From: an uncultured Oligoflexia bacterium | GTDB lineage: Bacteria; Bdellovibrionota; UBA1018; UBA6935 | Length of the DNA stretch: 64,000 bases | Assembly: GCA_964013565.1 (NCBI GenBank) | Contig: CAXGWU010000004.1 | Coordinates: forward strand, 57,491 to 121,490 | Direction of reading: 5' to 3' | Part shown: positions 1 through 10,347 of the stretch, in pieces | How the letters are laid out: each line of letters opens with the position of its first letter | Position numbering within the stretch: position 1 is the stretch's first letter | Position numbers and translations under genes: made by a program | Notes under the pieces: model-generated | Seen by the model: only the letters and a program-made list of their open reading frames with translations | What the model was told of the DNA's origin: nothing | Databases searched by the model: none

Positions 1-1482
1 TTAACAAAACAACAAGCAAAATCAAAAGCTGCAAAGTTAAATGGACTTCTTAATGAGATTTTTGGAGATGCACCGGCTGCAGGAGAAGAAGGAATTAGTG
101 GTGGTTTAAATGTTCTTTCTTGGGAAGATGTCGATAAAGTTTATGGAGCTCGATTAAAAGCAATGGATTCTAATGGAATTCCTGTCTACGCATTTGTGAA
201 AGCTCGTATGGAGAAGTGTGGAGCAAGAGCTCGAAGACAAATTAAAAGGGAAAGAAGTCGTCAGTCGACTTCTGTTGGTGCTCAAGAGTTTAGAATTAAA
301 AAAATGGAAAATGCGTTTAGAGATCAAATGAAATCTCACTTCAATACTTACAGTCAGCACTTTGGAGAAATTAATCGAGCACTTTATGATCAACATCTTC
401 CACTCGATACTCGAGGGTGTGATAATCAAGCACCTCGAATTCAAGTTGCTTGTTTAAAGAATATTCAAGAGCAAATGGAAGGGGTTTTAAATGGAACCAC
501 AGCGAACTCTCTTTCGAATATTTCAATTAAAGGAAATGATGTCACTAAAGTTCCACCCATTACACTAAATTGTCAGGGAATGAATGGATGCATTAATGAT
601 TTAACTCGAATTTCAAGAGGAGTGGAAAAAGAGGTAATCCGTTTAGGACAACTTAAAAATAATTATGCGGTACAAGCGAAAGTAAATATGGAAACAGCTG
701 CTCAACAAGCGGCTCAAGCCCTTTCTCCGTATAGTCAGCTTTTGAAATCTCGAATGGATGAAATTGATGGATTATTGGGATCCATGGGGTTTACTCCTAT
801 TGCGCTTGAAGGAGTGGAACCAGAGGAGCTTCGAATGACAGAAGGGGAACCGTCACTTCCACTGCCCCCACAAGATATCGCTCGGTTCATTGGTGGAAGA
901 GCAAGTCCTCCTCTTTTAAATGCAAATGGAGGGTCATTACAAGTGAGTCTTGCTAAACTTGCAGATGAAACTAAAGAAGCAGAAACAAAACTTAATGCTG
1001 AAATGCAAGTGGCTAAAAATTTACAAGCAGAGGCAGCAACTTGTTTGAATGAGGGGATTGCGCAATTAACAGAAGATTATATGGAAAATCGTTGTAATTA
1101 CGCGACCAAGATTTGTAAGAAAAATGGGTTAGATAAGTTGGCCGACGATCTTCATGGAATTATTGGTCCAGGGATTGAGTCTGGTGGAACTTCCGCTTTA
1201 TCTGGGTCTGAGATTTGTATGGAAGAGTCAGAGGTGACTCCAAAGACTTCTGCGGCAATAGAAAAAGAGCTCGACGGAGCTTTTAATGACTGTATGAAGG
1301 AGCTTCAGAGCGATGTACGATGTAATGGCAAGGTTGATCGATTAAGAGAGAAGCTTCTTTCTCAGAATAAAGAAATTACCCCATCAAAGAGTTGTCATGC
1401 AATTTCACGAAATTTGGCGAAAGATACTCGAAGGTACAATAGCATTTTAGGGAAATCCTCACGTTCTCGTTCTGGACGTTAA
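1..1482 (+). CDS. 3' portion of a large hypothetical protein, coiled-coil and Cys-containing. The ORF is open from base 1, so the gene starts upstream of the window.
   Basis: Frame 1 has no stop codon from position 1 to the TAA at 1480-1482. The tracked ORF (163..1482) is therefore only the part after an internal Met. I recognised no domain. Confidence 0.6.
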   Translation, partial: LTKQQAKSKAAKLNGLLNEIFGDAPAAGEEGISGGLNVLSWEDVDKVYGARLKAMDSNGIPVYAFVKARMEKCGARARRQIKRERSRQSTSVGAQEFRIKKMENAFRDQMKSHFNTYSQHFGEINRALYDQHLPLDTRGCDNQAPRIQVACLKNIQEQMEGVLNGTTANSLSNISIKGNDVTKVPPITLNCQGMNGCINDLTRISRGVEKEVIRLGQLKNNYAVQAKVNMETAAQQAAQALSPYSQLLKSRMDEIDGLLGSMGFTPIALEGVEPEELRMTEGEPSLPLPPQDIARFIGGRASPPLLNANGGSLQVSLAKLADETKEAETKLNAEMQVAKNLQAEAATCLNEGIAQLTEDYMENRCNYATKICKKNGLDKLADDLHGIIGPGIESGGTSALSGSEICMEESEVTPKTSAAIEKELDGAFNDCMKELQSDVRCNGKVDRLREKLLSQNKEITPSKSCHAISRNLAKDTRRYNSILGKSSRSRSGR

Positions 1483-1504
1483 AGACTTGTGCTAGAGTTC
1501 AAGG

Positions 1505-2290
1505 ATGAGTTCGTTTTCTTTTGTAAAGCTTCATGGGCTAGGTAACGATTTTGTTTTAGTGGATGAAAGGAATTTGTCTCGTTCTTGGGACCAAGAATTG
1601 ATTCAAAAGGTCCTTCATCGGCGTTTAGGTATCGGAGCTGACCAACTCATTTTTTTACGAAGTTCAAAAAATTCCGACATTCAAGTTCTCTTTTTTAATT
1701 CAGATGGGTCTCAAAGCGGGATGTGTGGCAATGGTTTGCGTGCAGTGGGCGAGTTTCTTTTTGTGAAAGAGAAAAAAAAACAAGTCAGTGTCGAGTTGTT
1801 AGACCGAGTCTGTCAGGTTCAAAGAATGAATGACCTTTGGAGCGTGGATATGGGGGGGGTCCATATTGTTGATAAGCGAGGTCAGGTGAGAGTGGAGGCT
1901 GGGACGTTTGATTTTACCGAAGTAGAAATCGGAAATCCGCATGCGGTGGTGTTTTCAGGAAGCCCAATTGACTCAGAGCCACTTCATTTATGGGGCCCTC
2001 AAATTGAAAATCACATTCGTTTTTCACAGGGAGTCAATGTTGAGCTTGGTTTTTTAAAAAATAGAAAAGAATTGGATTTAAGAGTCTGGGAGCGAGGAGC
2101 GGGATTGACACTTGCGTGTGGTTCAGGAGCCTGTGCAGCAATGGCCGCTTATCGGATTCATGATCAAGTTGACGAAAATGTCCAAATTCACCTTCCAGGT
2201 GGAAGGGTGGAAGTTCACTGGGAAGGGCCTGGTAAGTCGATGACTTTAAAAGGCCCTGCACAGTGGGTATTTGAAGGCGTTTGGCGTTAG
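1505..2290 (+). CDS. dapF: Diaminopimelate epimerase
   Basis: The N-terminus reads KLHGLGNDFVLVD. Both catalytic Cys motifs are present (MCGNGLRAVG and ACGSGACAA). The length is 261 aa and an AAGGA Shine-Dalgarno sequence lies upstream. Confidence 0.9.
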   Translation: MSSFSFVKLHGLGNDFVLVDERNLSRSWDQELIQKVLHRRLGIGADQLIFLRSSKNSDIQVLFFNSDGSQSGMCGNGLRAVGEFLFVKEKKKQVSVELLDRVCQVQRMNDLWSVDMGGVHIVDKRGQVRVEAGTFDFTEVEIGNPHAVVFSGSPIDSEPLHLWGPQIENHIRFSQGVNVELGFLKNRKELDLRVWERGAGLTLACGSGACAAMAAYRIHDQVDENVQIHLPGGRVEVHWEGPGKSMTLKGPAQWVFEGVWR

Positions 2291-2502
2291 AGGCTTACTG
2301 GTTTTTGAAAAAGATCAAAAGTACGATTCATTCCTCTTCTCAAAGCAGATCGACCTGATTCACTGAGTTCAATCAATTTTTGATAAAACTCAGGATCTAT
2401 TTCTTGAATGTCTTTAACGGTTTTCCCTCGGTGTTCTCCGAAATGGATAGTGACTAATTCTTCTTCAATAATTCCCGTAACAGGGCTCATGACTTGACTC
2501 AT
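2287..2502 (-). CDS. Small conserved protein, tentatively DUF3820/QSregVF_b-like
   Basis: I moved the start to the internal Met (MSQVMSPV...) because a GGAGAGGAAAT Shine-Dalgarno sequence precedes it. The motif FGEHRGKTVKDIQEIDPEFYQKLIE resembles the FGKYKG...DP.YL.WL pattern. The stop overlaps the dapF stop (TTAG). Confidence 0.4.
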   Translation of the reverse strand: MSQVMSPVTGIIEEELVTIHFGEHRGKTVKDIQEIDPEFYQKLIELSESGRSALRRGMNRTFDLFQKPVSL

Positions 2503-2648
2503 ATTTCCTCTCCTTGGATTCTGATTCAAATAGAGAGACTCAAAGATCTCTCCATGGCGAAAGTGTATCGATTGAAATCGTGATCGACAATAAAAAAAAT
2601 ACGAAAATGATGATCCCATTGGATTGATGGCTGTGATATTTCAATCTT

Positions 2649-4112
2649 ATGTGTGGAGTGGTTGGATTAATTGGAACGTCGCAGGCAGCTCAAGAGTCAT
2701 TTTTGAGTTTAACAACTTTGCAGCATCGGGGACAAGATGCTGCGGGTATTTTAACTTATGATGATTCGGGATTTCATCGAGTAAAAAATTTGGGTTTAGT
2801 GGATTCCGTTTTTTCTCGAGAAAATATGTCGGAACTCACGGGATCGGTTGCATTAGGACACGTTCGCTATGGTACCGCAGGCACGGGTGGACTCATTGAA
2901 GTTCAGCCTTTTTTGATGAGTTATCCTTATGGATTAGGAATGGTTCATAATGGCAATCTTTTAAATGCCAAAGAGCTTGCAAAGGAGCTTCGGCTTAAAG
3001 AAAAGCGACATCTTTTAACCGCGTCCGATACTGAAGTTTTACTTAATCTTTTTGCACAAGGTTTAGTGTCTGACTCTGAGACCTTAGAGTTTAGTCAGAT
3101 TTGTCAGTCTGTGGAACGACTGTTTAAAAAGTGCCAAGGCAGTTATAGTGTGGTTACGCTGATTGCTGATTATGGACTTGTTGCCTTTAGAGACCCCATG
3201 GGAATTCGACCCTTGGTCTTAGGGAAAAAAGAAGTAGATGGAAAAACCGCCTACTTAGTGGCTTCAGAAGTGGTTGCTCTTTATTTGAATGACTATGAAT
3301 GGGTAAGAGATGTAGAACCTGGAGAGGTTTTGTGGATTCAGCCCAGTGGTAAAGTTGAGAGCCGAATTTTAGAAACTCAGCCACAAAAACCCTGTATGTT
3401 TGAATGGATTTATTTTGCTTCTCCCGAATCGATTCTAGATTCTGTACCTGTTTATGGAACAAGAATTGAATTAGGCAAAGCACTTGGAAAAAGAGTAAAA
3501 GAAAAACTAAAATCGCTTGGTTTTCAACCAGACTTGATTGTTCCTGTTCCTGAAACTTCACGAATTGCCGCTATTTCGATGGCCGAGGAAATGAAACTTC
3601 CTTATCGAGAGCTTTTAATTAAAAATAGATATATTAAGAGAACATTTATTTTAGATTCTCAAGAAAAAAGAAAAAGTGCAGTTCGTTTAAAACTTTCTCC
3701 AGTCAAATCTGAGTTACGTGGAAAAAATGTTATTCTTGTGGACGATTCAATTGTTCGAGGAACCACTTCACAGAAATTGGTTGAATTAGTCAAAGAAGCG
3801 GGAGCAAATCAAGTTTACTTTGTTTCTACTTGTCCTCCAATTCGTTATCCTTGTTTTTATGGCATTGATTTTCCAAATCAAAAGGAACTTTTAGCTTATC
3901 AAAAAGATGATGAACAAATTAAAGAAGCCATGGGAGCGGATGCGGTTATTTATCAAGATTTAGAAGGATTGGTGAAGTCTATTCAAAGCGCTTCTCTTGG
4001 AGATAAGAAAATCGATCCTTGTTTAGCTTGTTTGACTGGGAATTATCCTACCGGTAATCCTGACTTTAAAAAAATGACCCAACTCAGAGATCAAGATCGG
4101 AGAAGTTCATGA
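2649..4112 (+). CDS. purF: Amidophosphoribosyltransferase
   Basis: The N-terminal nucleophile MCGVVG is present. The PRPP-binding loop reads VILVDDSIVRGTTS. The length is 487 aa. Confidence 0.95.
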   Translation: MCGVVGLIGTSQAAQESFLSLTTLQHRGQDAAGILTYDDSGFHRVKNLGLVDSVFSRENMSELTGSVALGHVRYGTAGTGGLIEVQPFLMSYPYGLGMVHNGNLLNAKELAKELRLKEKRHLLTASDTEVLLNLFAQGLVSDSETLEFSQICQSVERLFKKCQGSYSVVTLIADYGLVAFRDPMGIRPLVLGKKEVDGKTAYLVASEVVALYLNDYEWVRDVEPGEVLWIQPSGKVESRILETQPQKPCMFEWIYFASPESILDSVPVYGTRIELGKALGKRVKEKLKSLGFQPDLIVPVPETSRIAAISMAEEMKLPYRELLIKNRYIKRTFILDSQEKRKSAVRLKLSPVKSELRGKNVILVDDSIVRGTTSQKLVELVKEAGANQVYFVSTCPPIRYPCFYGIDFPNQKELLAYQKDDEQIKEAMGADAVIYQDLEGLVKSIQSASLGDKKIDPCLACLTGNYPTGNPDFKKMTQLRDQDRRSS

Positions 4113-5284
4113 ATCCTTTATATCAGGGATCAGTGAAGCGAGTGTACGGTCCAGCTCGGGTGAATGAGCAACCTGCGTTTGTATTTGAATTTAGCGATCG
4201 TTATTCGATTTTTGATTGGGGACAGATGCCTGATTCAATTTCAGGAAAAGGACGTGCGTTGAGCGAGATTGGCGCTTTACTATTTGAAGAACTCGGAGAG
4301 GCTTCAGCATGGCAAGCTTATTTTAAGTCGCCTCAAGCCCTATCATTAAGAAAAGGGGCATCTCTTTTTTCAGGAGAATTTTCTCGAAAAGTAAATGAGT
4401 GGGGCGAGTGTCTTCAGTCGAGTGGATGTCGACATCATTTTTTAGGGAGAGTAAAAGAAGTTCCTCAAACTGAAAATGAGTCTTTGTTGGTCGTTGATGA
4501 AGAAACTGGGTGTATTGCGGTTCAACCGATTCAAGTCATGAGTCCAGAGATCGTGTCAGTAGCAGATCGACAGTTTGTGAATTACGCTCATTCTTTGAAA
4601 TCGACTTCGACTCGTCTTATTCCTTTAGAGGTAATTTTTAGGTATGGACTCACTGATGGAAGTTCTTTTTTAGAGTCCGCTCAAACTTCTGGATATACTG
4701 ATTCGATTGTGTTTTCTTCTCAGTCCAATCTGAGTGGTCCTTGGGATTTTCCAGTGATTGAAATGACAACAAAGTTAGAAACCATTGATCGAAAGCTCTT
4801 GCTCGGAGAGGCGATGCAGATTTCTGGATTAACTGGGGAACAAATGAATGCGCTAGTGATTCAAACAGCGTGGATTTCTTCTTGGTTAAAGTGGAGATTT
4901 GCTCAAAAAGGAATTGAATTAATTGATGGGAAATTAGAGTGGGCGATTCAAGAAAACGGAGAATTGATGCTCGTTGATTCGATTGGTCCAGATGAGCTTA
5001 GATTAGTTAAAAATGGAAAAGGTCTCTCCAAACAGTTCTTAAGGAACTATTATTTACAGAGTTCTTGGTATCAAGAATTAAGTGCACTGAAAAAAAAATA
5101 TCCTCATGATCGAATGCGATGGAAAAAAGAAACTCAGTCTCAACCATCCTCCTTACCAAAAGATTGGAAGGACGTTGCAGAACGAATGTATCAATTTCTA
5201 AAAACAGAATTAAAAGGAGAATCAGGAGAATCTTTTTCGACCTTGAATCTTTCTTTTGAAGCATTGAGATCGGAGAAAAAATGA
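4109..5284 (+). CDS. purC: SAICAR synthetase, long form
   Basis: Motifs GSVKRVY, RYSIFDWG, LIPLEVIFRYG and IELIDGKLEW are present. An ATGA overlap joins it to the purF stop. At 391 aa it is longer than the usual roughly 240 aa form and appears to carry insertions. Confidence 0.8.
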   Translation: MNPLYQGSVKRVYGPARVNEQPAFVFEFSDRYSIFDWGQMPDSISGKGRALSEIGALLFEELGEASAWQAYFKSPQALSLRKGASLFSGEFSRKVNEWGECLQSSGCRHHFLGRVKEVPQTENESLLVVDEETGCIAVQPIQVMSPEIVSVADRQFVNYAHSLKSTSTRLIPLEVIFRYGLTDGSSFLESAQTSGYTDSIVFSSQSNLSGPWDFPVIEMTTKLETIDRKLLLGEAMQISGLTGEQMNALVIQTAWISSWLKWRFAQKGIELIDGKLEWAIQENGELMLVDSIGPDELRLVKNGKGLSKQFLRNYYLQSSWYQELSALKKKYPHDRMRWKKETQSQPSSLPKDWKDVAERMYQFLKTELKGESGESFSTLNLSFEALRSEKK

Positions 5285-6570
5285 AAGTTTTAGTGGTCGG
5301 CTCAGGAGGAAGAGAGCACGCAATTGCTTGGAAAATCGCTCAATCGACGGAAGTTTCTCATCTGATTGCTGCTCCTGGAAGTGAAGCATGGAGTTCAAAA
5401 ATTCCTTTTGAGTGTTGGGATTGTGATTTGACAAATGTTTCAGGATTAGAGGCTCTTGCATTAAAAGCAAAAAAAGAAAATGTAGAACTAGTCGTTGTAG
5501 GTCCAGATGATCCTTTATCTCTGGGGATTGTTGATATTTTTGAATATAGAGGGATTCCTACGTTTGGTCCGAGAAAAGAAGCAGCTCTTTTAGAATCAAG
5601 CAAAGCCTTTGCAAAAGAAGTGATGGAGTCTGCGAGAGTCCCTACCGCTTCTTATGTTCAATTTAATGAGGTTTCTCAGGCAAAACAGTGGTTAATAGAG
5701 GCTGATTGGAGAAAATCGTGGGTGTTAAAAGCCGATGGTCTTGCACTGGGAAAAGGGGTTCGTGTTTGTGAATCTCTTGAAGAGGCAATGGAATCGATTG
5801 ATTCTCTTTTTGAGATTCATGGAAAAATTTTAATTGAAGAAAAACTTTACGGAGAAGAAATATCCTTACTTGGTGTTTGTGATGGAAATACCGTTTGTTT
5901 TTTTCCTCCGGCACGAGATTATAAGCCAGTTTTTAACGAACAAAAAGGACCCAATACAGGAGGAATGGGTGTTTTTGCTCCGATTACTGAACTCAATAAC
6001 GAATCTTTTTTTAATCAAATGAAAAAAGAAGTTTTTTTACCCGTCTTATCTGAGATGAAAAAAAGGGGAGTACCCTATCGAGGGGTTCTTTATGCTGGGT
6101 TGATGAGGGATCCAAAGACAGGAGACTATGGAGTTCTTGAATTCAATGCACGTTTTGGGGACCCTGAGACACAAGTTCTTTTATCTCTCATGACCGATGA
6201 CCTTATTCCTTATTTAAAAGCAGCTATTAATGAAACGCTGGATTCATATCCTTTACAGATTCCTACGCAGTCTGGGTATGCAGTGATTGTGATGGGAGCG
6301 TCTCCTGGATATCCTGGGGATTCAAAAAAAGGTCTGACTGTTTCATGGGATCCTTCTGTTGCGCTTTTGGGGAGTTTAGATGCCGAGTGCTTTGCTTCAG
6401 GCATTTCAAAAAAAGAAGAACAGTGGGTGACTTCGGGGGGAAGAGTTTTAGGAGGAGTAGGGGTTGATGAGTCTTTGAGTGAAGCGAAGATTAAAGCAGA
6501 ATCTCACTTAAAAGCTTATGGTTTTGAAGAAATGCATTATCGTACTGATATTGCGAAAGAGTCTTTATGA
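5281..6570 (+). CDS. purD: Phosphoribosylamine-glycine ligase
   Basis: Motifs MKVLVVGSGGREHA, the ATP-grasp core and EFNARFGDPETQ are present. An ATGA overlap joins it to the purC stop. Confidence 0.95.
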   Translation: MKVLVVGSGGREHAIAWKIAQSTEVSHLIAAPGSEAWSSKIPFECWDCDLTNVSGLEALALKAKKENVELVVVGPDDPLSLGIVDIFEYRGIPTFGPRKEAALLESSKAFAKEVMESARVPTASYVQFNEVSQAKQWLIEADWRKSWVLKADGLALGKGVRVCESLEEAMESIDSLFEIHGKILIEEKLYGEEISLLGVCDGNTVCFFPPARDYKPVFNEQKGPNTGGMGVFAPITELNNESFFNQMKKEVFLPVLSEMKKRGVPYRGVLYAGLMRDPKTGDYGVLEFNARFGDPETQVLLSLMTDDLIPYLKAAINETLDSYPLQIPTQSGYAVIVMGASPGYPGDSKKGLTVSWDPSVALLGSLDAECFASGISKKEEQWVTSGGRVLGGVGVDESLSEAKIKAESHLKAYGFEEMHYRTDIAKESL

Positions 6571-7211
6571 AAAAGATTGCAATTTTTGCTTCAGGTCGAG
6601 GAAGTAATTTCGATGCGATTGCTGAAGCCATTGAAGATGGACGTTTGATTGCTCAGATTTATTGTGTGATTTCAGATCAAAAAAATGCCCCTGTTTTAGA
6701 AAAAGCAAAAAAACGTGGAATTAAAACGGCATGGGTTCCCTTTCCTCTGGAAGGAGCTTTAGCTGACAAAAGAAAAACTCATGCTGATCTTTTGATTCGT
6801 CAATTAAAAGATCAAAAAATTGATTGGATAGTTTTAGCGGGATGGATGAGAATTTTACACGATGACTTTATTACTGAATTTATGAAGAATGGGATTCCTC
6901 ATATTGTGAATATCCACCCTTCTTTGTTGCCGGCTTTTCCAGGAAAAAAGAGTTATGAGCAAGCTTTTGATTATGGATGTTCTGTAACAGGAGTGACGGT
7001 TCATTTGGTGACTCCTCAAATGGACGACGGTCCGATTTGTGCACAAGAAAGTTTTAGAATTGAAGATAAGGATTCATTGGAACAAGTAGAGTCAAAAGGC
7101 TTGAGGATTGAGCATCAGCTTTATCCCAAAGTTTTGGCGTGGTTATTTAGTGAGCAGTGGAAAGTGATTTCTAAAGGAAATCAAGGGAGAGTGTGTGTTC
7201 GTTCGAGTTGA
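6567..7211 (+). CDS. purN: Phosphoribosylglycinamide formyltransferase
   Basis: Motifs IAIFASGRGSN, NIHPSLLPAFPG and VHLVTPQMDDGPI are present. An ATGA overlap joins it to the purD stop. Confidence 0.9.
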   Translation: MKKIAIFASGRGSNFDAIAEAIEDGRLIAQIYCVISDQKNAPVLEKAKKRGIKTAWVPFPLEGALADKRKTHADLLIRQLKDQKIDWIVLAGWMRILHDDFITEFMKNGIPHIVNIHPSLLPAFPGKKSYEQAFDYGCSVTGVTVHLVTPQMDDGPICAQESFRIEDKDSLEQVESKGLRIEHQLYPKVLAWLFSEQWKVISKGNQGRVCVRSS

Positions 7212-10200
7212 AGTTGCAGTAAAACCAGATTTTGCCGATGCAGGGGCGGATCGACTCATAGAAAAACTAAAAGTCAGTCATCCGATGATTCATAGAAAAT
7301 TACGTTGGGCAAGATTGCTCCCTGTTCATTGGTTGGGAACAAAGGCTTCTCGATCCGACTTGATTCAAGCGATTAACGAAATTTATCGAGACCCAGTCTT
7401 AAACTGGTTATTTACAGGAGGATTGATTCCATCTGCTGCAGATAAAGCCGGAAGTTTAAATGACCTTTTACACGCAGCTCCTTTTCGTCCCGGTAATTTT
7501 TACGTGATTGAAAAACGGTTTCGTCCAGGAGTCACGGACAATGTAGCTCGAACTTCAAAAGAAGCTCTTTCGCTTTTATTGGGAGATGGGCATGAAATTC
7601 AAACGGCAAGTGGAGAAATGTTTATTCTTGAAGGAAGTGACTTGGAGCTTTCAGATATTGAAACAATTGCAGAAGAGTCTTTTTGCAATGGATTGATTGA
7701 ATCTTGGACAATTTCTAATGCAGAAGAAATAGAAAAAAGTGGTCGATTTGCAAGTGATCGAATTGAACGAGAATTTCCTACAGTAAAACTTAAAGGGAAA
7801 ATGCAGGTTGAGGAATTTGCACTTGAAGATTTGGGCGATGCTGATTTAGAGAAATTAAGCCAAGAGAGAATGTGGGCACTTTCTTTAAATGAGATGAAAA
7901 CGATTCAAAACTTTTTTTTAAGTCCGAAAGAAAAGTCTCGTCGTTCTGAATATGGACTCGGTAAAATGACCGATGTCGAAATGGAGGTTTTAGCGCAAAC
8001 CTGGTCAGAGCATTGTAAACACAAAATTTTTGCAGCTTCGGTGTCTTATTCAGATCATTCCGATCAGAAAGTCGATATTATTCCAAGTGAGATTAAAGAA
8101 GGATTATTTAAGAGTACGATTTATGGAACAACTCGATTATTACCTAGAGATTGGCTGCTGTCTGTTTTTTCTGACAATGCTGGAATCGTAGCTTTTGACG
8201 AAAATTCTGCGTTTTGTATTAAGGTTGAAACTCACAATAGCCCTTCAGCTCTGGATCCTTATGGGGGTGCATTGACTGGAATTGTCGGAGTAAACCGAGA
8301 TATTTTGGGGTGCGGCTTAGGTGCACGACCGTTATTTAATACAGATGTTTTTTGTGTTGGGTACCCCGACTCTACAGCAACTCTTCCAGATGGACTGTTG
8401 CATCCAAGAAGAATTTTAGAAGGAGTGAGACAAGGGGTTGAGGATGGTGGAAATCAAAGTGGGATTCCAACTGTAAATGGGGCGTTGGTTTTTGATGATC
8501 GATACCGAGGGAAACCTTTAGTTTACTGTGGAACAGGGGGTTGGTTGCCGCGAGAAATAGGAGGTCGACTGACTCACGAAAAAAATATTCTTTCAGGTGA
8601 TTTGATCTGCATGGTTGGAGGTCGAATTGGAAAAGATGGAATTCATGGAGCGACGTTTTCGTCTCTGGCATTAGAGAAGGGAGCTCCAGCAACTGTAGTA
8701 CAAATTGGTGATCCAATGACACAAAAAAGGATGACTGATTTTTTAATGGAAGCAAGAGATCTCGGACTTTATCGAGCTTTAACTGATAATGGGGCGGGAG
8801 GACTGTCTTCGTCGGTTGGTGAGATGGCACTTCTAAGCGGAGGGGCTCGTTTAGATGTGAGTTTGGCAAAAACGAAATACCCAGGTTTAAAACCTTATGA
8901 ACTTGTCATTAGTGAATCTCAAGAAAGAATGACGTTAGCGGTTCCTACAGAGTATCGCGATGCTTTGACAGAGTTAGCGAAGCGCCGTGGTGTAGAAATG
9001 AGTTTTTTAGGGGAGTTTAACGATAGTGGAAATTTTGATCTTTTTTATGGAGAAAGACTTTTAGGGTCCCTTCCACTCTCTTTTTTACATGACGGATGTC
9101 CACGAATGCATCTAGAGGCAACTTGGTCCAAAAAAATTGCAGAGGTGGGAAAAATTCAAACCTCGTTTGTGAGAGAAGGAAAAGAAAATCTTTTAGGTTT
9201 ACTTTCCCGTCCAAATGTCGCTTCAAAAGAGTGGTTGATTAGACAGTATGATCATGAAGTTCAAGCCACTTCAGTCATTAAACCGCTTCATTCGACTTCT
9301 GTAGGGACTTCAAAAGAAAAAAGTGGTCCAAATGATGGAGGAGTCATTCGTCCCGATTCCAAGAGTTTAAGTGGGATTGCTATTGGGTGTGGAATTAACT
9401 CCAAGCTTTCAGATATTGATCCTTATTTAATGGGATTGTCAGTGGTGGATGAGGCGGTCAGAAACGTTGTAAGTGTAGGAGTCGAGTATGGAAATTTGGA
9501 CTCTGTTTTAGCTCTTTGTGATAATTTTTGTTGGCCAGATCCGACTGAAGATACCGAACAAATGGGGGCTTTGGTTAGAGCTTGTTATGGAATGAAAGAG
9601 GCTGCACTTGCGCTTCAAACTCCTTTTGTTTCTGGAAAAGATTCCATGAAAAACAACTTTAAAGGAATGGATCAAGGAAAGCCGGTTGAGATAGCAGTTC
9701 CTCCGACTCTTTTAATTACCGCAGTAGGAAGAGTCAAAAATATTTCGGAATGCAGGACGTCGGATTTTAAACAAGCAGGAGATCGAATTTATTTGTTTGG
9801 TCCTGGAGCTTTTGGACTGTTGGGATCAGAGTTTCATTTTTGGAAAGCAGAGCTACTTAAAAAACGAGGAGCATCTGTAGATCAAGTGGTATTACCAATG
9901 ACTTGGGAGGCGCATAACTCTCATCAGGCAGGATGGCCCGATTGGGAAATTGCTAGAAAAGTCTACACGTGGTTATCGGGTGAAACGGGAGAAAAAGGAA
10001 AGCACTTAAAGTCAGTTCACGATATTTCTGAAGGAGGGCTTTTGACGGCTGTTTCAGAATCTCTTTTTGCTCGTGGTTTTGGTGCGGATATTGAAATTCC
10101 TGAGGATGAGGATCCATGGGTCTTTAGTTTTGGAGAGGGTTTTCATAGTTTCATTGTATCTATTGGGAAGGGTGAAACAAAAGAGGTGGAAGAGGAGTGG

Positions 10201-10347
10201 GAAGCGTTAGAAATTCCATTTTTGAAATTAGGAGAAGTGAATGAATCGTCTCAGTTGTTTGTAAAGTGGAATGGTGATGAGGATACCGGGAGTTTTTCAG
10301 TAATGACCTCAGATTTAAATAAAGCTTGGAAAGGGGCGTTTGCATGA
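7195..10347 (+). CDS. purL: FGAM synthase, synthetase subunit, with a PurS-like / large-PurL N-terminal domain fused
   Basis: The PurL core motifs are present (ETHNSPSALDPYGGA, GDPMTQKR, SESQERM). There are about 200 extra N-terminal residues beginning VRVEVAVKPDFADAGA, which looks PurS-like. The GTG start has an AGGGAGAG Shine-Dalgarno sequence and overlaps the purN end by 17 nt. Confidence 0.9.
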   Translation: MFVRVEVAVKPDFADAGADRLIEKLKVSHPMIHRKLRWARLLPVHWLGTKASRSDLIQAINEIYRDPVLNWLFTGGLIPSAADKAGSLNDLLHAAPFRPGNFYVIEKRFRPGVTDNVARTSKEALSLLLGDGHEIQTASGEMFILEGSDLELSDIETIAEESFCNGLIESWTISNAEEIEKSGRFASDRIEREFPTVKLKGKMQVEEFALEDLGDADLEKLSQERMWALSLNEMKTIQNFFLSPKEKSRRSEYGLGKMTDVEMEVLAQTWSEHCKHKIFAASVSYSDHSDQKVDIIPSEIKEGLFKSTIYGTTRLLPRDWLLSVFSDNAGIVAFDENSAFCIKVETHNSPSALDPYGGALTGIVGVNRDILGCGLGARPLFNTDVFCVGYPDSTATLPDGLLHPRRILEGVRQGVEDGGNQSGIPTVNGALVFDDRYRGKPLVYCGTGGWLPREIGGRLTHEKNILSGDLICMVGGRIGKDGIHGATFSSLALEKGAPATVVQIGDPMTQKRMTDFLMEARDLGLYRALTDNGAGGLSSSVGEMALLSGGARLDVSLAKTKYPGLKPYELVISESQERMTLAVPTEYRDALTELAKRRGVEMSFLGEFNDSGNFDLFYGERLLGSLPLSFLHDGCPRMHLEATWSKKIAEVGKIQTSFVREGKENLLGLLSRPNVASKEWLIRQYDHEVQATSVIKPLHSTSVGTSKEKSGPNDGGVIRPDSKSLSGIAIGCGINSKLSDIDPYLMGLSVVDEAVRNVVSVGVEYGNLDSVLALCDNFCWPDPTEDTEQMGALVRACYGMKEAALALQTPFVSGKDSMKNNFKGMDQGKPVEIAVPPTLLITAVGRVKNISECRTSDFKQAGDRIYLFGPGAFGLLGSEFHFWKAELLKKRGASVDQVVLPMTWEAHNSHQAGWPDWEIARKVYTWLSGETGEKGKHLKSVHDISEGGLLTAVSESLFARGFGADIEIPEDEDPWVFSFGEGFHSFIVSIGKGETKEVEEEWEALEIPFLKLGEVNESSQLFVKWNGDEDTGSFSVMTSDLNKAWKGAFA

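Noticed and set aside
154-444. Antisense or alternative-frame ORFs in the supplied track. They include 154..444(-), 2034..2261(-), 3187..3561(-), 8372..8869(-), 13456..13785(-), 17878..18279(-), 31661..32035(-), 33008..33340(-), 35381..35644(-), 52681..53067(-), 50501..50866(+), 28820..29095(+) and 45934..46230(+).
   Set aside because: Each lies wholly inside a longer ORF that carries clear family motifs on the other strand or in another frame. Their translations are low-complexity or compositionally odd. They have no Shine-Dalgarno sequence or independent signals. I treat them as shadow ORFs.
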